From NCBI RefSeq assembly GCF_006345805.1, contig NC_042999.1, positions 50,034,001 to 50,098,000 on the forward strand: DNA of 64,000 nucleotides. Direction: 5' to 3'. The position numbers were made by a program, and so were the translations under genes. The notes below the pieces were generated by a model. The model saw only the letters and a list, made by a program, of their open reading frames with translations, searched no databases and was not told the origin of the DNA. Position 1 is the first letter of the stretch, and each line of letters begins with the position of its first letter. The stretch comes from Octopus sinensis (lineage: Eukaryota). Positions 1 to 11,895 of this stretch are shown here, in pieces.

Positions 1-669
1 GTTGCATAGACATTTGCTTTCTACTTTTCAATGACAGTATTTGATAAATTGTATGATGACCATCAATATATTATATAGTAAGTGATCAGACATAAGGACT
101 ACAACACAACATTTGAGGTAAACAATTTGCTAAAACTTATTATATTTTGTCTTGGGATTTGGTTTGCAAGATTCTTTAAATGAGTTTGTGTGTTGAAGCA
201 TATTCTGTTGTGTCTAGGGAGAGCCATTTTCTTTTTGTGCCTTATAATGTAACACACTCATTTTAGGAAAATAAAAATAAAAAAATTAAAAATAAGAAAA
301 AAGTGGAAATTTTACTAGTGAGTGTGTTATATTATAAGGCACAAAAAGAAAATGACTCTCTCCAGACACAACAGAATTTTCTAAAAGGTTTAGAAAATAG
401 TTTAATATCCAAATATCAAAAATATAGAGAAAAGGATGCTTCTAATTGAGAAGTTTGCTTCAAAACCATGTGAGACCATGTTTATTCTCATAAGTGTGAG
501 ACCATATAGATATATTTTCTACTGATGCCTCCATGACAAGCATATGGAAGAGATCACTGGTCTAAAGAAAACTGATTCCCTTACATCCATCTGAAAAGTA
601 TTATAATCACAAGCCTTCATTCTTTGATTAATAAACACATAAAAAACTTCAAAATTCTGGAAACTATTT

Positions 670-1050
670 CGTTTTTGGATTTGGTTTGCAAGATTCTTTA
701 TATGAGTTCATGTGTTGAAACATATTCTGTTGTGTCAGGGGAGAGTCATTTTCTTTTTGTGCCTTATAATGTAACACACTCACCGGTAAAAATTTCCCTT
801 TTTTTTCCTATTTTTAGTTTCCTAAAATTTTCGTTGCATCTTGCAACCTTTTCAATAGTTTTGACTCTAATTTCCAGTTTTCCAGATCTGATTTCTAGTT
901 TTCCAGATATAATTTCTGGAAATTAGATCTTTGTTTAGAGATTGGTTATATTATAAAGTAGTCTACTGATGAATTTAGTGTGGTTTGGGTATATTAGTGT
1001 TGTTTGAGGTACTCTACTGGAAATATAAAGGACTAGAATTTTACATCTGA
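670..1050. repeat. Unclassified dispersed repeat (copies at ~145-377, ~670-1050 and inverted at ~39540-39780)
   Basis: Shared ggatttggtttgcaagattcttta...gagagtcattttctttttgtgccttataat.taacacactcaccggtaaaattt block. The class is not established. Confidence 0.7.
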
Positions 1051-2281
1051 TTGCAAAAAAACAAAAAAAAAAACAGATACGATACAAAGAATTGGTGAGA
1101 ACAAAATCTTCAATGTGTCAATATATGCTTTTCACAAATCTGATGTAGCATGTGATGATGATGGTGATGGTTAAGATGTTGAGAATTAGTTATAGTAAAG
1201 GTTTGTTTAATCCAGGATTGGAAAAAAAAAATCAATTGTAAAAAGCGTGATGGTGATAATAATGTTTTATTTTCAGCAAACAAAAGTCGGAGAATAATGA
1301 TGTGGGATATAATGGTGTAAAATAAAGAAGCCAAGAGAAAAAAAAGACAAACAAATCCAGCAAAGAATGGAAAGGTAATATAGGAAATCAATATTGTATA
1401 GGTTATTATTTCTCTTTCCTCTTGCAATGTGATTTTGTTCAGCTGTTGCAGTGTAGAATAGTAATTGTAATCCAAACATGATAACGTTGTTTAAACTTTG
1501 TGGCATACAAGTTTTTACCTGTGTCATATCTTGACAATCTAAGGAAGCTATAAGCAATATATTGGTTATATATTTTTTATACTTATTATTATTATTATTA
1601 TTATTCAGTAGTTTTATTTTTATTATCATCATCATTATTATAACCACTGTAACCACAACAAAATTACCCATAATTTGCAAATATGTCCATTCTGTATATG
1701 CAAACCACATCAAGTCCTGGGCTTCAAAAATGCTTTACATGGAAATTAGTTCAAAATTCTATTTTCCCAACGAAGAATTAATGTTAATACTAAATCTAAA
1801 ATACTAATCAAATATCAAAGTAAATATATTTTCTTTATTTATATGCATTGTGAAAAACAAATTTTTTTACCAACATGGGATAGTATCAGAGATTAATTAT
1901 TTTGATTTCAGGCTAAATAACCCTGAGCTCAGAACCACACTTTACTTAGTATGTAAAAGAATTTCACTAAAAACTAATGTATTAAATTCTTTTCCTTTCA
2001 GAAAATATAAGAGTCAGCTAATGGACGGTAAACATAAATATAAGAAAAATAAACTGTTACACAATAAATATATATAAATATATAGTATTGCAAGGGAAAA
2101 TTTAGAAAAGAAAATACTTATTGGAAACACTTTGTTTTAATTTTTAGTCAGAACAGTAATGGTTATTTGCATTGATTTTCAGTTAAAAATTCTTTAAGAA
2201 AATATTGACACAATAGAAGAGACCTCAAAGAATTATAAACATACACACACATCAACATAAAGTATATGTATGTATGTCATA

Positions 2282-2327
<46 letters not shown>

Positions 2328-2382
2328 TATATACATACATACATAAGTATATATATATATATACACACACACTTACGCACAC

Positions 2383-2421
<39 letters not shown>

Positions 2422-2993
2422 ACTTAAAGTACATCCATATATCAAGAGTTTTTAACTCATACTCTGTGACCATAGAACAAAATAAAGAAAACGAAATAGT
2501 GTAGTGCTTCAGTTATTCAATAACTTAGGAAAAGAATCAATGATGAGAACTAATCATATGAAAAGCAATTGTTTTTATTAGTGCCTTTTGAATCGAATGA
2601 CTGGAAGGTATTTCTAATGTTATTACACACATTATACTCAGAAAGAATGACTTGTGTGGTCATTTGTTATCTTTATGGTTAGTTTTATTGACTAATTCCG
2701 CAGGGAACTGAACAATTTTTTTTTTGACTAAAGCATTTCTTCCCATTATCCATAAATATACTTGGCACATTTCCTTGGATAACAAAGAATATGATTGTCA
2801 CCAAAGCCAATCGAGTGGAACTATACATAGGATGTTGAATGAAAAAGAAACAAAGCAAGGAAAAAAAATTACCTATTGTAGATGAGAAAATTACATCTTT
2901 GGGAATAAAGCAAATTTTTACATGAATATTGGCAGCCATTTTTCAAGAGTTGGATAGTGTTAATATTGTTGTTAGACATAGTGACATGATGTA

Positions 2994-2994
<1 letters not shown>

Positions 2995-3056
<62 letters not shown>

Positions 3057-3207
3057 AAGAAAAGAAGAAGAAGAAGAAGAAGAAGAAGAAGAAGAAGAAG
3101 AAGAAGAAGAAGAAGAAGAAGAAGAAGAAGAAGAAGAAGAAGAAGAAGAAGAAGAAGAAGAAGAAGAAGAAGAAGAAGAAGAAAAAGAAGAACAACAGCA
3201 ACAGCAA
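2995..3207. repeat. Compound (AAT)n-(AAG)n microsatellite (~50 GAA units)
   Basis: Read directly. It generates the poly-Y/S/F ORF 2869..3210. Confidence 0.97.
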
Positions 3208-4395
3208 CAATTTGAGAGGAATGAATGACTTTATAAGATGCTAGGAAGATTTTGATACAGTAACATTGGTTTCTAATGAGGTGTTATAATATAAATGAGA
3301 AGTGTTTTGGTGTGGAAATAACAATGGGTATTTACTTTCAGGGTATTTTGGTGCGTTCTTAACAGACTGTAAAATAAATGTTCTAAAAAATTGTTGGACC
3401 AAATATTTTTCCCCACAAAGAAATCCACAATGTGAAAAACTCAAAGAAATAGCAACATTCAATTTATTTCCTTGGCAAAGAATTATACTGACACCAGTTA
3501 CTTTATTTTCATAAAGTAAAAACAAAAACAAATGATATGTTATTAATTAGGTCTCTGACTGGGTGATCGGTCAGTTACAAAAGCACAGATGAAGACATTG
3601 GAGAAATTATCCAAGTACAATGATTCAGAAATAATAATGTTCGGTTTGAAAACAAATAAAATATACCTATTTCTTTATTACCCACAAGGGGCTAAACACA
3701 GAGGGGACAAACAAGGACAGACATAGGCATTAAGTCGATTGCATCGACCCCAGTGCGTAACTGGTACTTGATTTATCGACCCCGAAAGGATGAAAGGCAA
3801 TAAATTAAGTACCAGTTACGCTCTGGGGTCGATGTAATCGACTTAATACCTATGTCTGTCCTTGTTTGTCCCCTCTGTGTTTAGCCCCTTGTGGGTAACA
3901 AATAAAATATACCATTAGACAGAAGTATGCTGGAAACAATAAATAAGTCAAGCACAAAATATATAAGCAACATTTCAGGATTTGTAGAAATATCTCACAA
4001 AATATACTCTATTCAGATAGTTGATATTTCAAAAATTGTTGATGATGGAACAGAGATATTACACTCATACACAATGGTATACTAAAACAGAATTTCTCAA
4101 ATTGTTGCTATCACCAACCTCATCATTGAATATTTATATTTGTTTTCCATACTGGTATGCAGTATATCCCATTCATTTCAATCTTTTATCATTTAGATAA
4201 CTTGTGTCCTGAAATAAAACTTCATTGCTTCTTCCTAGGTTTTTCCCTATTCCACATCTGCTATAATGCTTTCATTTGACTGATCTTAACCTTATGAATA
4301 TATTTTTATAGTGTTTTATTTTCCAACTTTAAAATAATCTTAGTAGAGCATAGTTTCTAAATATTAGCAGAAATGTTATATATTCATTACTGATA

Positions 4396-4845
4396 GGCAT
4401 AGCAGTGGCTGTGTGGTAAGTAGCTTGCTTGCCAACCACATGGTTCTGGATTCAGTCCCACTGCGTGGCACATTGGGCAAGTGTCTTCTACAATAGCCTC
4501 GGGCTGATCAAAGCCTTCTGAGTGGATTTGGTAGTTGGAAACTGAAAGAAGCCCGTCGTATATATGTGTGTGTGTGTGTGTGTGTGGTGTGTGTGTGTGT
4601 GCGTGTGTGTGTGCGTGTGTGCATGTGTGTATGTTTGTGTGTCTGTGTTTGTCCCTCAACATCACTTGACAACTGAAGCTAATGTGCTTACGTCATTGTA
4701 ACTTAGCAGTTCAGCAAAAGAGACCGATAGAATAAGTACTAGGCTTACAAAGAATAAGTCCTGGGGTCGATTTACTCGACTAAAGGCGGTGCTCCAGCAT
4801 GGCCACAGTCAAATGACTGAAACAAGTAAAAGAGTAAAGAGAGTA
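4396..4845 (+). mobile_element. SINE family A copy
   Basis: Full head, (TG)n middle and gtaaaaga tail. Confidence 0.88.
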
Positions 4846-5559
4846 AAAAAGAGAGGTTGTAATTTCAAATTTCAAAATAATCACCAAATAGAAAGACAAA
4901 AGAACCTCTAGTATAAGGAGAAAATATCTATTTTAAAAAGACTTCAATAATTTTAGTGTATTCTCTTAAACTACTTTTATCATATCTTCATACTAAAGCA
5001 ACAAGTCTCTCCTGAATGCATTGACTTTTTTGACATCCAACTATACTCTCAACTCATTTGGGATTCACCTTTCATACTGGTTATTTACTATACATCCAGT
5101 ATCCCAAGCTCACCTCATTTATCTTCAGTCTGTACAAGACTCTACATGTTCGATGCCTATGCCTCACTATCATGCAACATCATGCTTCTTCCTCATGTTT
5201 CTGACAAGCAACCATACTTTCACTGCAGCACTAAATCACTTCCAAGCACTAATTAAATCAACAAAGTAACAGTGAAGGAGCCTCTAGATATGTTTTTCAA
5301 CCTGCTAGAAATATCAGTCAAAATCTCATTCATATCACCAGCACGTTATCTTAAAACTTTAAACCAACACATTTTATAATGCAGGCATAAATACACTATT
5401 CCTAAAAACAAAACACAGGATGGTCACTACTGAAATATCTTTGATCATCAATCTACTAAATCCAGGATGGTCTGAGGTTGAACAACAATGTAAAACACCA
5501 ACTATTTAGAATGAAACATATGAGAAAATGAGAGGATTTTTTTCATAGGTGTCTCCAAT

Positions 5560-5877
5560 TTATTATTTGTTTGTGTGCCCTTTTCAAGCCTAGCCAGGCT
5601 CATGGGCCTGGTTTCCTAGTTTCTGTGGTGTATGAGTTCCTCCCAGCTGGACAGGACGCCAGTCCATCACAGCATTACTCAAGAATCAGGAAGAAAGAGT
5701 GAGAGAAGGTTGGGATGAAAGAGTACAACAGGGTCACCACCACCCCCTGCCGGAGCCTTGTGGAGCTTTTAGGTGTTTTTGCTCAATAAGCACACACAAC
5801 ACCCAGTCTGGGAATCAAAACCACGATCCTCTGACCGTGAGTCCGCTGCCCTAACCACTAGGTCATTGCGCCTCCAT
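5560..5877 (-). mobile_element. tRNA-derived SINE family C with 12-bp TSD
   Basis: TSD ggtgtctccaat at 5548-5559 and 5878-5889. Minus-strand head ggaggcgcaatgacctagtggttagggcagcggactc. Confidence 0.87.
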
Positions 5878-6979
5878 GGTGTCTCCAATAGTAACTACTT
5901 TTGTACATCTAGAATGTCTTAAGTCTTGATTCACTATGAATATGTCAAAAATCCTCCTGTGCATTCTTTGTATTGTGCTGAAAGAAAGTATTAAGATTCT
6001 AGGAGCAATATTCTTACAGACTAAGGCATTAAGCTGGCAGAATCATTAGCATACCAGACAAAATGCTTAGAGATATTCTGTCCATCTTCTTGTTCTGAGT
6101 TCAAATTTTGCTGAGGTCGACTTTGACTTTTATCCCTTCAGGGTTGATACAATAAGTACCAGTTGAATATTAGGGTCGATGTAACTAACTACAGTTTCCC
6201 TAAAATTGCTGAACTTGTGCCAAAATTTGAAACCAATATTCTTAAAGACTGAGAAAAAATTTTCTATATGGTATTAGTACTTTGTTGCTTTTCTGTTGCT
6301 AGCTAGTACTTCCGTCTTTGATATTTCAACATTTCAAGCTTTGAATTTTAGTCTGTTTCTACAACTTTTCGACATATTTTGCAACATAAATAAGAAAATC
6401 AGCAAAGTTACTAATTATTAAAGGAATTGATATAAGATTTAGTTTTGAAAGACACATCATGATATCCTTTAAGCAGGGAAAATTAAGAACATTAATATCA
6501 TATTAGATACAGAAACAGAGATAAAATCAAGAGAATTATACCAAACACAGATGCAAATATCTTAGAAATAGAGAACAACACACACAAATGAAAGAAATGT
6601 TTATGAAGGAATATTATAGATGTATTAGATTAATAATTAAAAAAGAGCTAAATGCGAAAAATAAAGTAATAGGCATCAGTACTCCAACTGTTCTAATAAT
6701 TAGTTAGATTAATAATATTTTGAGCAGTAATTAAATTAGGAAGGATAGACAAAAAGAAAAGAAACGAATAACTACATTTAGAATGCACTACCTAAAATTT
6801 GTACAAAAAGTAATTGTATATTTAGCATGAATGCATAGAAGCATAAGCCTAATTCCATTAGAAAACTATTATAAGTTATCCCTGTTGGATAACAAGGTAC
6901 CTTGTAAATTAAAGCAACTGAAAAACTAATGAAAGTAACACCCAAAAAAATGTAAAATTACTACATTCTCTGTCTTTAA

Positions 6980-7199
6980 TCCTTTTGTTACTGTATTTAT
7001 TTTGAGATGCTCTGTGTTTCTTTTAATTACTTTAGATATAACAAAGAATTTAGTAAAATAACTTAGTTATCATTCAGCTAGTGTTAGGAACATAAATTGT
7101 GACAAAGGTTTGGTGGAAGATTTTAATTCAAAACTTATGAAAACAATACATTTGTACTCAGAGCCAGAGTCGGTTTCAGCCGGGTTGGTAATGAAAGGG
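6980..7199. mobile_element. piggyBac-type MITE (220 bp) nested in the R4/Dong fragment
   Basis: TTAA|tccttttgttac ... gtaatgaaaggg|TTAA: imperfect TIRs with a TTAA target duplication. Confidence 0.75.
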
Positions 7200-7640
7200 T
7201 TAAGAAACTGATGTATATGATGCAAGAAGGAAATTCAGACAGTTGTGAGGATAACTAATAATAGAAATTGAGGTAGAGCTAAGAACTATACCAAAAGTAG
7301 GGCTACAGAAAACTGAGCTTAAAACAATGGCAAGAAATTGGCCTATGGGGTCCAACGGTAAAAATCTGAGACAAAAAAAAAGGGATTGAAATACACAAAG
7401 AAATGTTACACAAGGCTCAAAGATGAAGGAAGAATTCTTGATTGTGACAAGCAATCAGAACTTCCTCAACAGACACCACCAAAACTGCATTTGATGAAGC
7501 AGAATACATTAAGTAACCATAGAATATGTAAAGTTGTTCAGAAGAAACAAGAAACTAGATTACCTCTGATTGCCTTATCTAAACCAAGGGAGAACAACAT
7601 CTACAGGCAAGATAGACCTGGAAATTATATGAACATCATA

Positions 7641-8070
7641 GGCACTGGCATGGCTGTGGGGTAAGATGTTTGCTTCCCAACCGCTTGGTTCTGGGTTCAG
7701 TCTCACTACATAGCACTTTGGACAAGTGTCTTCTACTATAGCTTTGGGCTGACCAAAGACTTGTGAAAGAATTTAGTACTTGAAAACTGAGAGAACCTCG
7801 TCGTATATGTGTGTATGTGTGTGTGTGTGTTTGGGTGTGTCTGTCTATGTGTGCCTGTGTGTCTGTGTTTGTCTTCCCACCACTTGACAACAAGGCTTGG
7901 GGTGTTTATGTCCACCATAACCTTGCAGTTTGGCAAAAGGAACTGATAGAATAAGCACTAAACTTTAAAAAAAAAAAAACATTAAGTACTGTGGTCACTT
8001 CATTTTGCAAGAATTCTTCAAGGTGGTGCCCCAGCATGGCACAGTCTGATCAAATAAAAGATAAAAGAAG
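7641..8070 (+). mobile_element. SINE family A copy (older) splitting the R4/Dong fragment
   Basis: Diverged head, body and tail. The LINE reading frame resumes after it. Confidence 0.8.
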
Positions 8071-8806
8071 AGTTGAATGATCATGGAATACCAACAGAAA
8101 AGGTAAGATATGTGCATACACCAGAAAAAGTCTCAGAGAAGGAGAAAGAGGACCCTACACTGGAATATACAAATCTATACAAGAAACAGATCAAGGGTTC
8201 CCAAACTAATGAAGTTAATAATTGTTCTTCAAGAAATTGCAGCTAAATTTTCCTTATCTTATGCACTACTGTTTTCAATAATGACTTATTTGATAATATA
8301 GTTTGAGATTTACAAAATGGGAGGATTGTCATGGCTGGAATACCTTTGATCATAGGTCTTCTCAATCGCAGTCAACCTAATGTTAAATAACAACAAACAA
8401 ACAAACAACAATAATCTTGTCTATTATGTCTGCCAAATGAATTTAATGTTGTACAATGAGGGACATTCTATGTGGTCACTTAGCCTGCTAGAAGTAGCAA
8501 CAGAATTTGTTTCAAATCACAACCTACTCACTAAAAGTGGGAGGACACATTAAATAATATTGTCTCAGACATATTACATCTGAAAATAATAGTAAACCTT
8601 GGCTGCAGCTGGAATACCCTTACTCTCAGGATTGCTTCATGAGGCTGACCTAGGGCTGAATAATAACAACAACAACTTCAACAACTATAATAACTTGTAT
8701 ATCAGTAATGTTCAATACTTAGCATATTTTTAAATTGACAACAAATTGAAGTAAACCACATTCAAATGTAAGATAAAATATGTGTGTGTGTATATATACA
8801 CATGCA

Positions 8807-8842
<36 letters not shown>

Positions 8843-8846
<4 letters not shown>

Positions 8847-9382
8847 TAATACTAAGCAATAAGGGTTTAGCAACGAGTTGCCTTACCACATACCGAATTT
8901 AGAAATAGCAGTCAAAGGGTTATAGCTATTTCTTCTACAAAAAAGGGAGATCTCAGTAAAACCAGCATTTGGAAGGCAGACACAAACAGGTAAGAGAGAA
9001 TGAATTGACTGCAATCTATCATACATTTTTTTAGTTATCCACGGACGTACGTTTCGAAATCAAGTTTTAAGGAAAGCATAAGAATTAGATATTAAATATT
9101 AAATAATAAATAATTTATTATTTATTATTTAATATTTAATATCTAATTCTTATGCTTTCCTTAAAACTTGATTTCGACGTACGTCCGTGGATAACTAAAA
9201 AATGTATGATAGATTGCAGTCAATTCATTCTCTCTTACCTGTTTGTGTCTGCCTTCCAAATGTGGTTTTACTGAGATCCCCTTTTTTGTAGAAGAAATAG
9301 CTATAACCCTTTGACTGCTATTCTAAATTCGGTATGTGGTAAGGCAACTCGTTGCTAAACCCTTATTGCTTAGTATTACTTA
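8843..9382. repeat. 540-bp near-perfect palindrome (foldback), 2-nt loop at 9115-9116
   Basis: Left arm 8843-9114 (272 nt) is the reverse complement of right arm 9117-9382 (266 nt). The differences I could find are five small deletions (6 nt in total), all in the right arm. Confidence 0.95.
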
Positions 9383-9560
9383 AATTTTCCTCGAATGAGC
9401 TTTTACATGCCGAAGACTACTTGGTGTAATTGATAATTTTCCAATTAATTAATTTCACCCTTCATTATTACGGATAACTATATATATATATATATATACA
9501 CACACATGCATATTTACATATATTTATCCATGCGCAGTTAACACAACCCCACCATTTACT

Positions 9561-9609
<49 letters not shown>

Positions 9610-9789
9610 CATACATACATATATATACACACATACATATACATGTGTGTATACACATAAACACACATACACACATAACAGTAAAATGTTAAGTTGAGAA
9701 TACATAAAAGTTACTGTGCGAAGAGGAATTGGAAGTAGGCAATTAAAACTTAAAATAAAGGATGATTAAAAGTATTTCATGAACATTAT

Positions 9790-10195
9790 CATCACTAATA
9801 GAACTACTACTACTACTACTACTACTATTACTATTAGCACCATGACTACCACTGTCAGCACCACCACTACACCTAAACTTCACATTTCTGTTTCCATTGC
9901 AAATATTGTTTCAATCAAGGCGACTGCCATAATGAAAACAACCATTACCACCATCGCCAGAATCCTCACAAATATAACTGTCACCACCATCACTGATGCC
10001 ATCGCTTCTACTGTCGCTAGTGCTACCACAAACACTGCCACCACAACCACCAGCTCCCACAACTATTACCATCAAAACAACCACCAGTACTTACCATCAC
10101 AACAACTACCACCATTACTAACACTACCACCACTACTACTGCTGCTGTCGCTGCTGCCACTGTTACCACCAGCACCACCAGCACCACCACCAAGG
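9790..10195. repeat. Degenerate (ACC/ACT/ATC)n trinucleotide tract; similar tracts at ~12640-12930, 24220-24355 and 33100-33200
   Basis: Low complexity. Gives Thr-rich and Val-rich spurious ORFs. Confidence 0.85.
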
Positions 10196-10207
10196 CAGTT
10201 TCTACAT

Positions 10208-10747
10208 CACTGGTTCCCAACCTGGGGTCCGCTGACCCCTGGTGGTCTGCAAAGGAAGTACTGGGAGTCCATGAACTAAATTCAAAATTTCATATATAAA
10301 TATATTTTTATTTATTTATGCGCCCTTTTCAAGCCTAGCCAGGCTCATGGGCCCAGTTTCTTGGTTTCTATGGCGTGTGTGTTCCCCCCAGCTGGATGGG
10401 ACACCAGTCCATTGCAGCGTTACTCAAGAAACAGGAAGAAAGAGTGAGAGAAAGTTGGGGCGAAAGAGTACAACAGGGGTCACCACCACCCCCTGCTGGA
10501 GCTTCATGCAGCTTTAGGTGTTTTCGCTCAATAAACACACAACGCCTGGTCTGGGAATCAAAACCACGATCCTCTGACTGCGAGTCCGCTGCCCTATCCA
10601 CTGGGCCATTGTGCCTCCATATAAATATATACATAAGGATAAGCATATTAAAAGGGGTCTGTTTGAAAAGTCATTTAAACAAAAGGGTTGGGAACCATCG
10701 TTGGAGACCACTGTTAGGAACCACTGTGAAATGGTTGGAAACCACTG
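10208..10747. mobile_element. hAT (Charlie-like) MITE with 8-bp TSD, carrying a nested SINE
   Basis: TTCTACAT|cactggttcccaacc ... ggttggaaaccactg|TTCTACAT (TSD at 10200-10207 and 10748-10755). Confidence 0.85.
10306..10618 (-). mobile_element. SINE family C nested in the hAT MITE
   Basis: Same family as 5560-5877. TSD atataaatatat at 10294-10305 and 10619-10630. Confidence 0.86.
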
Positions 10748-11564
10748 TTCTACATGGTTGCTAAGTGTACATGCATAAATCTACTTCAGAACTTTATGGA
10801 TGCTGTCACAGATTTGGAAATTCTAAAGTTAGGTAAAAGTTTTCAAATTTGGTGCATTGGTGTAAATTTCTATGCTGAATCGAAATTTTGGATTCATTCA
10901 TTCCAGGCCAAATTTTGAAAGATGTTACAGAGGTTCAAAGTTTGATCATTTTTAGTCGCCAGAAAACAGGAATCAGATGGCATTTTCTGCATGATAGCTA
11001 TCAATAACAAAATGATTCTCATGAAAATTTGTTGTGGTGAAGTGTTACAATCACACAGTACAGCATCCTTGTTACAATGAAAATGAGGCAGACTACAGCT
11101 TTGTTGTTACAATGGCAACAGACACCAGTGTGAGTTATATGGTCATGAGTATTATTGTGACTTTTGATTGAATAAAATTCCCCAAAATTTGCAAAGTTTA
11201 AAAGCTGTTAACTTTTTGTTTATTAACAATTGCAGTGTGGAAGGTGTTTGTAAGCCATTTAAGAAACACACAAAAGCCGTTCGATTCACTTCAATATTTA
11301 AGTTTAATTTGTCAAAATATTTTTGTCGCTATAAGACCATGACCTGTTCACTGACAAAAACCCATGCTGCATCTTGTTTATTAATTTATAGGAAAACTGA
11401 ATTTTTATTTCATAATTAGCATACAAAACTAAATTAATACACCAAATTTGAAAAATAGTTGGAACAAGATTTTTAAAAAATACGAAATCTATAACAACTG
11501 AAAAGATCCTCTACTTTAAATCATAACTTCTTGTCCTAATATAAGAAGTACACATAAATTGTAG

Positions 11565-11895
11565 TTGCGATACCCATGCCAGTGGCACGTAAAAAGCACC
11601 ATCTGAATGTGGCCGATGCCAGTGCCGCCTTCACTGGCATCCATGCCGGTGGCACGTAAAAAACACCAACCGATCATGGCCATTGACAGCCTCCTCTGGC
11701 CCGTGTGCTGGTGGCACGTAAAAAACACCCACTACACTCACGGAGTGGTTGGCATCAGGAAGGGTATCCAGCTGTAGAAACACTGCCAGATCAGACTGGA
11801 GCCTGGTGCAGCCTTCTGGCTTCCCAGACCCCGGTCAAACCGTCCAACCCATGCCAGCATGGAAAACGAATGTTGAACGATGATGATGATGATGA
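11565..11895 (+). mobile_element. Older RTE 3' UTR/tail fragment
   Basis: About three degenerate gtggcacgtaaaaa units, cccactacact...ggagtggttggc and a (GAT)n tail. Similar relics lie at ~14625-14905, ~47835-48150 (minus), ~55975-56110 and ~57050-57250 (minus). Confidence 0.8.

Larger units (their letters stand above)
6420..8200 (+). mobile_element. Heavily decayed R4/Dong-like non-LTR retrotransposon fragment, interrupted by a TTAA MITE and a SINE
   Basis: Frameshifted pieces KKELNAKNKVIGISTPTV, RMHY, MKQNTLSNHRIC, IYRQDRPGNY and, after the SINE, HGIPTEKVRYVHTPEKVSEKEK appear in the order expected for the R4/Dong post-RT region (recalled consensus ELNAKNK..INT.AVPV, CRIC...YIHRHDRVG.YIHW, YRHTPEKVTENEKATILWD). 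Confidence 0.62.

Noticed and set aside
960-1040. CTGATGA...GAAA hammerhead-like spacing
   Set aside because: No convincing stem II and no NUH cleavage triplet.
2869-2939. IHVKICFIPKDV resembles the FERM-domain RISFVPKD of FRMPD4, with a GT donor nearby
   Set aside because: There is an in-frame stop two codons upstream with no AG acceptor, and the intervening PDZ and FERM exons are missing between here and 18464.
5810-5877. tRNA-like cloverleaf heads (also in SINE families A, B and D)
   Set aside because: Each is joined to a SINE body and tail, often with a TSD. None is a free-standing tRNA gene.
9779-10279. 166-aa Thr-rich mucin-like ORF
   Set aside because: Degenerate trinucleotide repeat running into a hAT MITE, with no splice or domain support.
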